Shown here: positions 45,167 to 55,393 of the stretch, piece after piece
How the letters are laid out: every line of letters starts with the position of its first letter
Position numbering within the stretch: position 1 is the first letter of the stretch
From: Minisyncoccota bacterium
GTDB taxonomy: Bacteria > Patescibacteriota > Patescibacteriia > SG8-24 > DYFX01
Direction: 5' to 3'
Assembly (NCBI GenBank): GCA_052034355.1
Contig: JBPOIQ010000002.1
Location: 1,555-65,554 of the forward strand
Length of the DNA: 64,000 nt
Position numbers and translations under genes: made by a program
The notes under the pieces: model-generated
Seen by the model: the letters and a program-made list of their open reading frames with translations, nothing else
The model's database searches: none
Told to the model about the DNA's origin: nothing

Positions 45167-45445
45167 ATGTATAAGGTTATCGTTTTTTCTGAGACCATTC
45201 ATAAGCCAGAAAGTCGCAAAGGCGGCAGTTTTGCTGTTGAGGTAAGTGAGGATTTTGGAGATGAGAGTAATATCGATGCCAAAATCAAAGAAACAGCTGC
45301 CAAGGTTAGCTTCACATCCAACGAAGGAACATTCTGGGTTGTACTAGAAGGTAACGGTCTGATCTTGCAGGGTACTGTTCAGGACGTTAACCACGATGCG
45401 GAACATTTTGAGATTTTGGAGAAAGTGTCGGTGAGAACTTTGTAA
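45167..45445 (+). CDS. hypothetical small protein (92 aa), markedly low GC
   Basis: ATG 45167 (MYKVIVFSE...). GC is about 42% by eye against ~60% elsewhere. Ends 1 nt before the hsp20 start. Confidence 0.4.
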   Translation: MYKVIVFSETIHKPESRKGGSFAVEVSEDFGDESNIDAKIKETAAKVSFTSNEGTFWVVLEGNGLILQGTVQDVNHDAEHFEILEKVSVRTL

Positions 45446-45446
45446 T

Positions 45447-45851
45447 ATGTCCCTCCTCCCAAAAAACCAGAACCCTCTCGAAGACTTGGATCGAGGTCTC
45501 ATGGATCTCTCCAAAGGCTTCATCCCAGCGGTCGACGTCTATGAAAACGGCAACGATATCGTTGTCGAGACGGCGCTTGCGGGCGTTGATCCGAAAGACG
45601 TCGAAGTCACGGTCGAAGGCGGCGTGCTGACGCTTCGCGGCAAAACAGAGCACCGCAAGGAAGTCGACGAGAAGGATTATCTCTATAAGGAAGTCCGCTA
45701 CGGCGCCTTCCAGCGCAAGATCGCCCTGCCCGCGCCGGTCATCGGTGAGAAAGCGGAAGCGACCTCCGAGCACGGACTCCTGCGCATCACCATTCCGAAA
45801 GCCGACGAAGGGGAGAAGAAAGAAATTAAGATTGAAGTGAAGGGGAAATAA
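45447..45851 (+). CDS. Hsp20/alpha-crystallin family small heat-shock protein
   Basis: [40 protein letters not shown]...[25 protein letters not shown], the alpha-crystallin domain pattern. Confidence 0.85.
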   Translation: MSLLPKNQNPLEDLDRGLMDLSKGFIPAVDVYENGNDIVVETALAGVDPKDVEVTVEGGVLTLRGKTEHRKEVDEKDYLYKEVRYGAFQRKIALPAPVIGEKAEATSEHGLLRITIPKADEGEKKEIKIEVKGK

Positions 45852-45862
45852 CCAATAACCAC

Positions 45863-45933
45863 CCCGGCGGAGGCCGGGGTCCACGCTCTAACGATTCAAA
45901 CACCTCTAGTGCTGGATCCCGGCCTCCGCCGGG
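45863..45933 (+). other. 16-bp perfect GC-rich inverted repeat (CCCGGCGGAGGCCGGG ... CCCGGCCTCCGCCGGG) with a 39-nt loop between hsp20 and dnaK
   Basis: Exact reverse complements. No U-run follows, so it is not a canonical terminator. Confidence 0.6.
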
Positions 45934-45958
45934 ATGGAATGACATCAACTACACACAT

Positions 45959-47845
45959 ATGCCTAAAATTCTCGGTATCGACCTCGGTACGACAAACTCC
46001 TGCATGGCCGTCATCGAAGGCGGTCAGCCGAAGGTGCTCGAAAACAAAGAAGGCGCGCGCACGACGCCGTCGATGCTGGCGATCTCCAAAGCGGGGGAGC
46101 GCCTCGTTGGACTTCTCGCCAAGCGCCAGGCCGTCGTCAACCCGACCAACACCATCTACTCCGTGAAACGTTTGATCGGACGCCGTTGGGAAGATCCGGA
46201 AGTGCAGCGCGACGCCAAGCTCTTCCCGTTCAAACTGACGAAGTCGGGCGAAGGCGCGAAGATCGTCATGGGCGATAAGGAATACTCGCCGCAAGAAATC
46301 TCGGCGATGATTCTTCAAAAACTCAAAGCGGACGCCGAAGAAAAAATCGGCGAGAAGATCGAGGAAGCCGTCATCACCGTGCCGGCCTACTTCGACGACG
46401 CCCAGCGCCAAGCCACGAAAGACGCGGGCGAAATCGCCGGCCTCAAAGTGCGCCGCATCATCAACGAACCGACGGCTGCCGCACTCGCCTACGGTTTCGA
46501 CAAGAAGAAAGATGAAAAGATCGTCGTCTACGACCTGGGTGGCGGCACGTTCGACGTCTCGGTACTCGAAGTTTCCGCCGACACCGTTGAAGTGAAAGCC
46601 ACGAATGGCGACACGCATCTCGGCGGCGACGACTTCGATCAGCGCCTCATCACCTGGATCGTCGAAGAATTCAAGAAAGCCGAAGGCGTCGATCTCTCCA
46701 AGGATCCGCTCGCTTTGCAGCGCATCAAGGAGGCCGCCGAAAAAGCCAAGATCGAACTCTCGACCGCGGCCACGTCCGAAATCAACCAGCCGTTCATCGC
46801 CTCCGACCCGGCCACCGGCCCCAAGCATCTCGTCATGACGCTCTCGCGCTCCAAGCTCGAAGAGCTCGTCGGCGACCTCGTCGAAAAGACGCTCGAACCG
46901 ACGAAGAAAGCCTTGGCCGACGCCAAACTTTCCGTCTCCGACATCAACGAGATCGTGATGGTTGGTGGTATGACGCGCATGCCGCTCGTCCTCGCCACCG
47001 TCGAAAAATTCTTCGGCAAGAAGCCGAACGTTTCGGTGAACCCGGACGAAGTCGTCGCGATCGGCGCGGCAGTCCAAGGTGGCGTCTTCCAAGGCGACGT
47101 CAAAGACGTCTTGCTTCTCGACGTCACTCCGCTGTCGCTCGGTCTTGAAACGATGGGTGGTGTCTCGACAAAACTGATCGAGCGCAACACCACGATCCCG
47201 ACGGCCAAAACGCAGGTCTTCTCGACCGCGGCCGACAACCAGCCGGGCGTCGAAATCCACGTCCTCCAGGGCGAGCGCGAAATGGCGGCCGACAACAAGT
47301 CACTCGGACGCTTCATGCTCGACGGCATCCCGCCGGCACCGCGCGGTGTGCCGCAAATCGAAGTCACTTTCGATATCGACGCCAACGGTATCCTGAACGT
47401 GAAGGCGAAGGATAAAGCTTCGGGCAAGGAACAGAAAATCACCATCACCGCCTCGACCGGCCTCTCCAAGGAAGAAGTCGAGCGCATGAAGAAGGACGCC
47501 GAGATTCACGCTTCGGAGGACAAAGCCAAGCGCGAGATGGCCGACCTCAAGAACAACGCCGAGACGATGGTGCACACCACCGAAAAGATGCTCAAGGACA
47601 TGGGCGAGAAGATGAAACCGGAAGACAAGAAAGCACTCGAAGAAAAACTCTCCGCGCTCAAAGCGGTAAAGGACGGCGCCGACCAGGAAGCAATCAAGAA
47701 AGCCGCGAATGAACTCACCGACCTCGCGCAAAAAATCGGTGGAGAAATGTACAAAGAAAATCCTCCAGCGGGCGAGGCTTCGAACGCCGACAAGAAAGAA
47801 GGCGACGGACCGATCGAAGGCGAAGTCGTCGATAAGAAGGAATAA
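45959..47845 (+). CDS. dnaK: molecular chaperone DnaK (Hsp70)
   Basis: [35 protein letters not shown], full-length 628 aa with EEVD-less acidic tail. Confidence 0.95.
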   Translation: MPKILGIDLGTTNSCMAVIEGGQPKVLENKEGARTTPSMLAISKAGERLVGLLAKRQAVVNPTNTIYSVKRLIGRRWEDPEVQRDAKLFPFKLTKSGEGAKIVMGDKEYSPQEISAMILQKLKADAEEKIGEKIEEAVITVPAYFDDAQRQATKDAGEIAGLKVRRIINEPTAAALAYGFDKKKDEKIVVYDLGGGTFDVSVLEVSADTVEVKATNGDTHLGGDDFDQRLITWIVEEFKKAEGVDLSKDPLALQRIKEAAEKAKIELSTAATSEINQPFIASDPATGPKHLVMTLSRSKLEELVGDLVEKTLEPTKKALADAKLSVSDINEIVMVGGMTRMPLVLATVEKFFGKKPNVSVNPDEVVAIGAAVQGGVFQGDVKDVLLLDVTPLSLGLETMGGVSTKLIERNTTIPTAKTQVFSTAADNQPGVEIHVLQGEREMAADNKSLGRFMLDGIPPAPRGVPQIEVTFDIDANGILNVKAKDKASGKEQKITITASTGLSKEEVERMKKDAEIHASEDKAKREMADLKNNAETMVHTTEKMLKDMGEKMKPEDKKALEEKLSALKAVKDGADQEAIKKAANELTDLAQKIGGEMYKENPPAGEASNADKKEGDGPIEGEVVDKKE

Positions 47846-47855
47846 AAAAGCGCCT

Positions 47856-48515
47856 CTATCGTGTAGAGGCGCGACAGAACGCGCACTCGCCGTGATGCAC
47901 GGCGCAGGGGAGGCACCACGCGGCTGCTTCCCCGGCGGTCCAATGACCGCACCGAGCGGCGCGGGTCATGGCCGGATGCCAGCGTGAGGGCCGCGGACAG
48001 TTCGCGCATCGGGCGGGAGGCGTGTCTCTCAGTATTTGGCCGAAGACCCTGCTCCAGATCGGTCGCTTGTGGCGGTAGTGGTAGATCTGGTGCGGCTGCA
48101 TGGAGTCGACGAGATCGAGCGGAATCGCCGCGATCTTCTCGGCCACGGCAGCCTCCGCCGGCGAGAAGCCGTCCTTGCTCGAGGCGAGCTTCTCGCGCAT
48201 GAGCTGCGCGGCCGACGTGATGCCGTAGGATTTCACCAGAGTCACGAAGGCGTCAAAGAGCGTCTCGAAGACGTCTTGGCGCTCCAGTTCCGTCTCCGAG
48301 AGCGTTGAAGCTCCGCAGGCCTGACATTCATTCTTGGACGCGGCGCATCTCTCGCACATCGAGTGCGTGTAGTAGACCAATTCGACGCGCGCGCCTCCGA
48401 TATGCGTGCAATACGGACAGTACACTCGCGGCGATCCGTCGCCCGGCGGTCGCGTCTTGTACTGCGCGATGCGCGCGTCCCAGTCGACCGACTTGCATGG
48501 GTTGCAGAGATGCAT
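47856..48515 (-). CDS. Cys-rich hypothetical protein (four CxxC pairs; zinc-ribbon-like) encoded antisense between dnaK and dnaJ
   Basis: N-terminal CNPC...CPYC...CERC...CQAC. The C-terminal third looks low-complexity, so the true 3' end may be shorter. Could still be a GC-driven artefact. Confidence 0.4.
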   Translation of the reverse strand: MHLCNPCKSVDWDARIAQYKTRPPGDGSPRVYCPYCTHIGGARVELVYYTHSMCERCAASKNECQACGASTLSETELERQDVFETLFDAFVTLVKSYGITSAAQLMREKLASSKDGFSPAEAAVAEKIAAIPLDLVDSMQPHQIYHYRHKRPIWSRVFGQILRDTPPARCANCPRPSRWHPAMTRAARCGHWTAGEAAAWCLPCAVHHGECAFCRASTR

Positions 48516-48592
48516 TACGCCCTCCTGTAGAATGAACGTTGATACACCAGGACTATCCTAATACCGCTTCGCCGTCAAGGCGCTTGCCTCGC

Positions 48593-49657
48593 ATGAGCAA
48601 AGACTACTACAAGATACTCGGCGTAGAAAAAAACGCCTCCGACGAGGAGATTAAAAAAGCGTTCCGAGTTTTGGCACATAAGCATCATCCGGACAAGGAA
48701 GGTGGGGACGAAGCGAAGTTCAAAGAAATCAACGAAGCGTACCAGGTCCTGTCGGATTCCAAGAAGCGCGCGCAGTACGACCAATTCGGTTCGGCCGGTC
48801 CAGGCTTCGGCGGCTTCGGTGGCCAGGGGTTTGGCGGCCAAGGCGCCAATTTCGACATGGGCGATTTGGGCGAGATGTTCGGCGACATGTTCGGCTTCGG
48901 CGGCCAGCGTGGGGGTCGACGCCAAGCGCGCGGCGGAGATATCGAAGTGAACGTGACGATTTCGTTCCACGACGCGGCGTTTGGCACGGAAAAAACGCTT
49001 GAGCTCTACAAGCCCGTTGCCTGCGGCGCGTGTTCCGGTACCGGTATCCCGCCAGGTTCGAAAATGATCACTTGCAAGACGTGCGGCGGCCAAGGCCGTG
49101 TGCGTCAGATGCAGCGCACGATCTTGGGCAGCTTCGAGGCGGTCACGACATGTGGCCAGTGCCGCGGTTCCGGCAATGTTCCGGAGAAAGAGTGCAAGGA
49201 GTGCGGTGGCGCGGGCGTGAAACGCGAGAAGACCTCGATGACGGTCAAAATTCCGGCCGGCATCGATCACGGAGAGACGATTCGCGTGCAGGGCGGCGGC
49301 GAAGCCGGTCCGCATGGTGCGCAGAACGGCGACTTGTATCTGCACATCCGCATCCAACCCGACACGCGTTTCGAACGCGATGGTTTTGACGTCTATTCGA
49401 ATCTTGAAATCGGCTTCGCCGACGCGGCGCTCGGTGCGGAGAAGGAAATTGAAACCCTCGACGGCGCGCTCACGATCAAGATCCCAGCAGGCGTCCAAGC
49501 GGGCGAAGAGATCCGCCTCAAGAATCGCGGCGTGACCCGTCTCCAGGCCTCCGGCCGCGGCGACCACTACGTCCGCGTGCGCATCCGCACGCCCAAGCAC
49601 CTTTCCAAAAAGGCAAAACAGCTCCTGGAAGATTTTCAGAGGGAAGAGAACGTCTAG
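48593..49657 (+). CDS. dnaJ: molecular chaperone DnaJ
   Basis: ATG 48593 ([11 protein letters not shown]...). J-domain HPD (HKHHPDK), Gly/Phe-rich region, four CxxCxGxG zinc-finger repeats ([32 protein letters not shown]), C-terminal domains. Confidence 0.9.
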   Translation: MSKDYYKILGVEKNASDEEIKKAFRVLAHKHHPDKEGGDEAKFKEINEAYQVLSDSKKRAQYDQFGSAGPGFGGFGGQGFGGQGANFDMGDLGEMFGDMFGFGGQRGGRRQARGGDIEVNVTISFHDAAFGTEKTLELYKPVACGACSGTGIPPGSKMITCKTCGGQGRVRQMQRTILGSFEAVTTCGQCRGSGNVPEKECKECGGAGVKREKTSMTVKIPAGIDHGETIRVQGGGEAGPHGAQNGDLYLHIRIQPDTRFERDGFDVYSNLEIGFADAALGAEKEIETLDGALTIKIPAGVQAGEEIRLKNRGVTRLQASGRGDHYVRVRIRTPKHLSKKAKQLLEDFQREENV

Positions 49658-49758
49658 CCCTCTTCATCCAGACGTAGGGCTGGCCGAACGCCCAACTTAT
49701 CCCCAAGCCCGAAGATAAGCGAAATAAGGTATACTGGCTTCATCAACCATTACGCCTT

Positions 49759-52700
49759 ATGCGCATCGCCACGACCGACCGCAAGCTTTTCGTTTCGCTC
49801 GTTGCTTTTGTTGCGTTGGCTTTCGGTGCGGGCGCCGCTCACGCGCAATTCGCCGCGCCGACCTGCACGCCGCCGAACTGCAGTCCGGCTGTCATTCAGA
49901 ATATTCCGATTGCAAGCGGAGCGCAGAACGCGAGCATTAATATTACGGGCGACGCCAAAGTCGGCGCCACGTTTCAAGCGGGTGGAAGTACGCCTGTCTT
50001 GAACGCGTCTGGTCAAAATCTTTATTACGGAAACGTTGCGGGCACCTCTTCGGCTGGCAGTCTTTTGTTGCTCCAGTTCGGAGCCGCGGATCGTTTCCGT
50101 ATCGGCCTTACCGGTGACGTTACTTCGCAGGGTGTGTACTCTAGCGCGGCCGGAAGCGTCGGCGTGCCTTCGTATACGTTCAACGGTGATTCGAACACGG
50201 GTCTCTATTCGCTCGGCGCGGATGCGATTGGTGTTACGACTGGCGGCGTCAACCGTCTCATGATTAACAATGGCGGTGTATCGATTGGTACCGGTGTTTT
50301 GTATGCACCGGCCGGCACGGTGAGTGCGCCTGGCCTCTCCTTTAACGGTGATCCTGATACCGGCCTGTACAGGACTGCAGACAACGTCATGAACGTGGCA
50401 ACGAACGGTGTGCGCACGATGGTGTTCTCCGCCACGAACAGCGTTGTTGTTCCGGGCATGCTTCATGTGCAAGGAGGCTTGGATGCGAACCTTGGCGGCA
50501 ATGGAAGCGGCATCACCAACATCAATGCGAATAATATCACCTCCGGCACGTTGAATGATGCGCGCTTGTCTTCGAACGTCGCGTTGTTGAACCGCACGGG
50601 TCAGACCTTCACGGGTACAAATACGTTCAGCAGTCTGACAACGTTCGGTGCAAGCGCTGGACCGGTTATCTCGATCAACAACTCGGTTGGCGGCGTTGAA
50701 ATCGGCGGTATCAGCGAGAATGCTTTCAACTTTTATACGCAGGGTTCCATTTATAACCAGATCGACAGCAACAACAACTCGACCAACTCGTACTACTGGC
50801 TCAACGGAGCCGGTGCGAACGTCATGACGTTGGATGAAAGCGGCAACTTTGATGTCGAGGGTATGGTGACCTTGGGAAGCCCTGACATGCGGCTTTTGAA
50901 CCCAGGAGAGAATCTGATTTATGGAAACGTCGATCAATTCGCTGCTGGAAATATTCTGCTTTTGCAAGCGGAGTCCGTAGATCGTTTCAGTGTTGATGCT
51001 GATGGTAACGTTGTCGCAGCCGGCACGATAACGTCGTCCGGGCAAGCGGTCTGTCTCCAGAACGGCGCCAACTGCCCGCAGAGCGTCGGTGGATTTGGTA
51101 CTCCGAACGCACTTGCAAAATTCGATGCTTCAGGTTACGCGCTGACAAGTTCGTCAATTACGGATGACGGAGCCACGATCGGTGTCGGCGGCGCACCGAG
51201 CGCTAGCTATGCCATGACGGTGTACGGTGTCATCTATGCCAACGCGCTCTCGACGCCGAGAATTGATGCATATGCGCCTGGTGCTGGCGCTACGGCCATT
51301 TATGGTACAGCGGATGGTGCCGGATCGACGGGTATTTATGGTTCAGGTGCTTCAACCGGTATCTACGGAAGCTCGGCGGCAACGGGTGTCTATGGCCGCT
51401 CCACTGGAGCCGGCGCTGGTGTCTACGGTAGTTCGAGTTCGGGTTATGGTGGTGATTTCTCCTCGTTGCGTGTTGCGGGCGTTACCTTGTTTCAAGGCGG
51501 TGTGACGCTTGCGAACAGCACGACGCTGCAGCTGGGTCTTTCCGCGGTTGACGTCGGCGGCACGAACGGTCGCATGTATTACAACAGCACCACGAACAAG
51601 TTCCGCTGCTATGAAAACGGTTCGTGGCAGGACTGCCGCGACGGCGGCATGGGCGGAAGCGGTACGGTGAACACGATTCCGAAATTCACGGCCGCTTCAA
51701 CGATCGGAAACTCGACGTTGACCGACGATGGCGTAACTGTTACGGCTGCGCAAAACTTTGCGGTCAACGGCAATACAACGATCGGTAACGCGGCAGCGGA
51801 CACGTTGACGCTGACGGGAACTGCAGTTGCGACGCCGAACAACCTCAACATCGACGCGAACACACTGTATGTCGACGCGCTCAACAACCGCGTCGGCGTG
51901 GGCACTAACGCTCCAGGTACGACCTTGGCAGTGGCCGGAACGCTGGCCGTGACCGGGAACACGACGCTTGGCGATGCGGCGGCTGACCGCACGACGATCA
52001 ATGGCGAACTGGTTCTTGGAAGCCAGGCGACAAACCCTGCGGGCGTGAACGGTATGATGTTCTACAACTCGCTCAACAACAAGTTCCGCTGCTACGAAAA
52101 CGGAACTTGGATTAACTGCGGTGGAGAGGAGGATACGCTCGATACGGTTGCGGTGCGCGGCGCGATTGCCTACAGAAGCCTCGCGATTGATACGAATGGT
52201 GGCGGAACGTTCCTTGGAGGCGAGGCTCTGACGATCGAAGGAACCGGAACAGGCATCTATTCGAGCGCCACCGACTACGGCGTGCGCGGTAACACGACCG
52301 GCGTGAACGGTATCGGTGTCTGGGGTGGTGGCCAATTGTACGGAGGTTACTTCGGAGCGACGTCTGCTGCGGGGTATGCGGTTCGTGCGGATGCCTTCTC
52401 GGCGAACAACATTGCTGTCTATGCGCAAGGTCGCCTTCAAGTCACGCAGACCGCAGGTTTCGGCGGTGCTGCGCCTTCCGCCGCGTATGGTATCCAAACG
52501 CAGGGTAACTACGGCATTGTGAGCTACGGGCAAGGTGCCAATAACGCGAACTACGGCGGTTACCTCTATGGTAGCGGCGCCACAACGGCCAACTACGGTG
52601 TGGCGGCCTACGGTATCGGCGGCACGACGGCCTATGGTGTCCTCGCGTACGCACAAGGCGGCACGAACAACTACGCGTTGTACGCGACACTTGGTTCCAT

Positions 52701-53286
52701 CCGTACCACTTGCGCCACGAACGACTCTGAAACGGACAGCATCGTTTGCGAAGACATCGCCGAAGTCTACGAGACGGGCGAGCATACCGAACCCGGCGAC
52801 GTGATCGTGTGGAGGCCGGACGTCGACAACAAAGTCTACAAGTCGCGAAAACCGTACGAAGACGGCATCGCCGGCATCTACTCGACTTCCCCGGGCGTGC
52901 TCATGGGTAACCAGGATGTCAACGGCAAGTACGGCGTCGAATTAGGTAACGCGAACACGGCTGAGACGATCAAGAAACTCGGCTCGACGCATGCGGCGGT
53001 CGCTTTGGCCGGGCGCGTACCCGTCAAAGTCACGCTCGAAGGCGGCGCGATCAAACCCGGAGATCTTCTCACCAGCTCTTCGAAAGCCGGTTATGCGATG
53101 AAGGCAAGCAAAACAGGTCGCGTCGTCTGCATGGCGATGGAGTCGTTCGATGAGTATTCGAAGGGCGACAAGGTCATGTGCTATGTCAATCCACACCAGT
53201 GGGTTGATCCGCGCGAGTACGACGGCCTCAAGTCAGACTTGGAGAGCATGAAGGCCGATATCGAAGCGCTGAAAGCGAAAAAGTAA
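49759..53286 (+). CDS. giant secreted repeat protein (1175 aa) with phage-tail-fibre-type repeats and Gly/Thr/Asn-rich beta-rich body
   Basis: Signal peptide MRIATTDRKLFVSLVAFVALAFGAGAAHA. Repeats ...GVPSYTFNGDSNTGLYSLGADAIGVTTGGVNRLMI... / ...APGLSFNGDPDTGLYRTADNVMNVATNGVRTMVF.... Long G-Y-G-rich repeats (YGGYLYGSGATTANYGVAAYGIGGTTAYG). C-terminal coiled-coil-like tail. The minus-strand ORFs 49750..51045 and 51697..52785 are antisense to it. Confidence 0.75.
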   Translation: MRIATTDRKLFVSLVAFVALAFGAGAAHAQFAAPTCTPPNCSPAVIQNIPIASGAQNASINITGDAKVGATFQAGGSTPVLNASGQNLYYGNVAGTSSAGSLLLLQFGAADRFRIGLTGDVTSQGVYSSAAGSVGVPSYTFNGDSNTGLYSLGADAIGVTTGGVNRLMINNGGVSIGTGVLYAPAGTVSAPGLSFNGDPDTGLYRTADNVMNVATNGVRTMVFSATNSVVVPGMLHVQGGLDANLGGNGSGITNINANNITSGTLNDARLSSNVALLNRTGQTFTGTNTFSSLTTFGASAGPVISINNSVGGVEIGGISENAFNFYTQGSIYNQIDSNNNSTNSYYWLNGAGANVMTLDESGNFDVEGMVTLGSPDMRLLNPGENLIYGNVDQFAAGNILLLQAESVDRFSVDADGNVVAAGTITSSGQAVCLQNGANCPQSVGGFGTPNALAKFDASGYALTSSSITDDGATIGVGGAPSASYAMTVYGVIYANALSTPRIDAYAPGAGATAIYGTADGAGSTGIYGSGASTGIYGSSAATGVYGRSTGAGAGVYGSSSSGYGGDFSSLRVAGVTLFQGGVTLANSTTLQLGLSAVDVGGTNGRMYYNSTTNKFRCYENGSWQDCRDGGMGGSGTVNTIPKFTAASTIGNSTLTDDGVTVTAAQNFAVNGNTTIGNAAADTLTLTGTAVATPNNLNIDANTLYVDALNNRVGVGTNAPGTTLAVAGTLAVTGNTTLGDAAADRTTINGELVLGSQATNPAGVNGMMFYNSLNNKFRCYENGTWINCGGEEDTLDTVAVRGAIAYRSLAIDTNGGGTFLGGEALTIEGTGTGIYSSATDYGVRGNTTGVNGIGVWGGGQLYGGYFGATSAAGYAVRADAFSANNIAVYAQGRLQVTQTAGFGGAAPSAAYGIQTQGNYGIVSYGQGANNANYGGYLYGSGATTANYGVAAYGIGGTTAYGVLAYAQGGTNNYALYATLGSIRTTCATNDSETDSIVCEDIAEVYETGEHTEPGDVIVWRPDVDNKVYKSRKPYEDGIAGIYSTSPGVLMGNQDVNGKYGVELGNANTAETIKKLGSTHAAVALAGRVPVKVTLEGGAIKPGDLLTSSSKAGYAMKASKTGRVVCMAMESFDEYSKGDKVMCYVNPHQWVDPREYDGLKSDLESMKADIEALKAKK

Positions 53287-53300
53287 TCTCATGAGGCAAA

Positions 53301-53332
53301 CAAAAATCGCTCCTGTTTGGGAGCGATTTTTG
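53301..53332. terminator. bidirectional intrinsic terminator
   Basis: AAAAATCGCTCC-tgtttg-GGAGCGATTTTT, symmetric. Serves the converging genes ending at 53286 (+) and 53335 (-). Confidence 0.75.
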
Positions 53333-53334
53333 TG

Positions 53335-53940
53335 TTACGGATTGGTCGGCGGGGCCGTAGGGGGCGTGAATGCCGACGTGGGTTCCGGGAAGGCGACGGC
53401 GACTTCCGTCGCTTCGAAGGAGGTCGCGCGGAGGATGTCCGCTCCTGCCGTCACGGTGATGAGTTCTCCGACTTTGATATCCGCGAGCGCGATGGTTTGC
53501 TGCTGCATGAGCGATGGCGGCGGAAGCGGGCGGCCGCTTTCGTCTGCGCGCGGTCGGGACGTCTCTTCGTCGATCTCTGCCTGAGTTTTTGGCACCAGGC
53601 GGTACACTTTCGTTCCAGAGGCGATCGTTACGTTTCTTTCTTTCGGCGCATTGATCGTCTCAAGCGGGTTCGAAGTGGTAAGATCCGCTTCGAAGGTGAG
53701 TGTGTTTCCCGAGATGTCTTTGACTCGTCCGGTCAGGACGCGTGTTTCAGTCAGTGCCGGCGGGAGAAGCCCGGAATCGGCCAGTTTTTTCTGGGCGGCG
53801 GCGTACCCTTCCTCATAACTTCCTTTGCCCAAGGAAAGGGGATTGATGGGCGTACCGGTCGAGACGCGTCCGGTTCCGTAGCCGGCCACGAAACCCACGG
53901 CCAAGCCGGCAAGGGCCAGAGCCGCTTTCTTCATGTCCAT
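53335..53940 (-). CDS. secreted hypothetical protein
   Basis: Signal peptide MDMKKAALALAGLAVGFVAGYG. Pro-rich C-terminus. Confidence 0.5.
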   Translation of the reverse strand: MDMKKAALALAGLAVGFVAGYGTGRVSTGTPINPLSLGKGSYEEGYAAAQKKLADSGLLPPALTETRVLTGRVKDISGNTLTFEADLTTSNPLETINAPKERNVTIASGTKVYRLVPKTQAEIDEETSRPRADESGRPLPPPSLMQQQTIALADIKVGELITVTAGADILRATSFEATEVAVAFPEPTSAFTPPTAPPTNP

Positions 53941-53985
53941 ACGTCATTGTGAATAGGACTAAGCTGGTGCTAGTATACCATAACT

Positions 53986-55359
53986 ATGCAGCTCTACGAT
54001 TCTCTGAGCAAAAAAACGAAGCAGTTTCCCGAAGAAAGCGTCGGTCCAGTGACGATCTACGCCTGCGGCCCCACGGTCTACCACTATGCTTCGATCGGAA
54101 ACCTCAGGACCTTTTTGACGACGGATACGCTTCGCCGGTATTTGGAATATCGAGGCCGCGAAGTGCGACTGGTGATGAATATCACCGACGTCGGGCATAT
54201 GCTGAACGACGCCGATGTCGGCGAAGATAAATTGGAGGTCGCGGCGGCGAAGGAAGGGAAAACGCCCGAGGAGATCGCGCGGTTCTACGAGGAAATTTTT
54301 TTCCGCGACATGGACGCGCTCGGATTCAAGCGCGCATGGAAGCACCCGCGCGCCACGGAACATATTCCGCAAATGGTGGCGCTGGTCGAAAAACTTCTCG
54401 AAGAGGGTCATGCCTACGTCACGGAAAAAGGCGACGTGTATTTCGACGTCGCTTCGTTTGCTGGATACGGAAAGCTCTCCGGTAACTCCGTCGAGGATCT
54501 TGTTGCTGGTGCGCGCGTCGAGGTGAAAGACGATAAAAAGCATCCGGCGGACTTCGCGCTTTGGATCCAGAATCCGAATCACGTCATGCAATGGAAAGGC
54601 CCGCGCGGCATTCAGGGTTACCCCGGTTGGCACCTCGAGTGCTCGGCGATGGCAAAAGAGTATCTTGGCGACACGCTGAGCTTGCATGTCGGCGGCGAAG
54701 ATTTGAAATTTCCGCACCACGAATGCGAAATCGCCCAGTCCGAAAGCGCCAATCATGCGCCTTTTTCGCGCCACTGGCTACACGTCTCATTTCTCCTGGT
54801 CGAAGGAGAAAAAATGTCGAAGTCGAAAGGGAACACCTACACGCTCTCCGACCTTGTCGCGAAAGGCTACTCGCCCGAAGCGGTGCGTTTCCTGCTGCTT
54901 TCCTCCCACTATCGCACGCAATTTAACTTCACGTTCGACGGTCTCAAGGCTGCCGAGCGGACGCTTGCCCAGATGAGAGCCGTTGCGGAAACCTTCGCAT
55001 CCGCGGAGTCCGTGAAGGGTTCATATGAGGAACGGTTGATCGAGGCGATGGATACCGACCTGAACGTCTCGGCGGTCTTGGCGCTCGCGCATGAATTCAT
55101 GACGGAAGCGAACAAGGGTATGATCGATCAAAAGGAGGGTGCTTCCTTCCTGCGCGCTTTCGACACGATCTTCGGTCTCAAACTTTTTGAAGTACGGGCT
55201 CAGGAAATTCCCGAAACCGTGCAGGCGCTTGCTCAAATGCGTATTGAAGCGCGCGTAAACAAGGACTGGACCGCCTCCGATCGTTTGCGTGACGAGATCG
55301 CCGCCAAAGGTTGGGTCGTTGAAGATACGCCGCAAGGACAAAAATTGAAAAAGGCGTAG
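53986..55359 (+). CDS. cysS: cysteine--tRNA ligase
   Basis: HIGN-type motif region ([19 protein letters not shown]), KMSKS motif (KMSKSKGN), WHLECS zinc site. Confidence 0.9.
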   Translation: MQLYDSLSKKTKQFPEESVGPVTIYACGPTVYHYASIGNLRTFLTTDTLRRYLEYRGREVRLVMNITDVGHMLNDADVGEDKLEVAAAKEGKTPEEIARFYEEIFFRDMDALGFKRAWKHPRATEHIPQMVALVEKLLEEGHAYVTEKGDVYFDVASFAGYGKLSGNSVEDLVAGARVEVKDDKKHPADFALWIQNPNHVMQWKGPRGIQGYPGWHLECSAMAKEYLGDTLSLHVGGEDLKFPHHECEIAQSESANHAPFSRHWLHVSFLLVEGEKMSKSKGNTYTLSDLVAKGYSPEAVRFLLLSSHYRTQFNFTFDGLKAAERTLAQMRAVAETFASAESVKGSYEERLIEAMDTDLNVSAVLALAHEFMTEANKGMIDQKEGASFLRAFDTIFGLKLFEVRAQEIPETVQALAQMRIEARVNKDWTASDRLRDEIAAKGWVVEDTPQGQKLKKA

Positions 55360-55393
55360 AAAGAAAAACTCCGCGATGATCGCGGAGAACCGT

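Noticed and set aside
49750-52785. Minus-strand ORFs of 431 aa and 362 aa
   Set aside because: Antisense to the giant repeat-protein gene. Their repeat content just mirrors that gene.
49759-53940. Prophage call based on tail-fibre repeats
   Set aside because: No capsid, portal, terminase, integrase or lysis genes flank it. Housekeeping genes (dnaJ, cysS) are directly adjacent.
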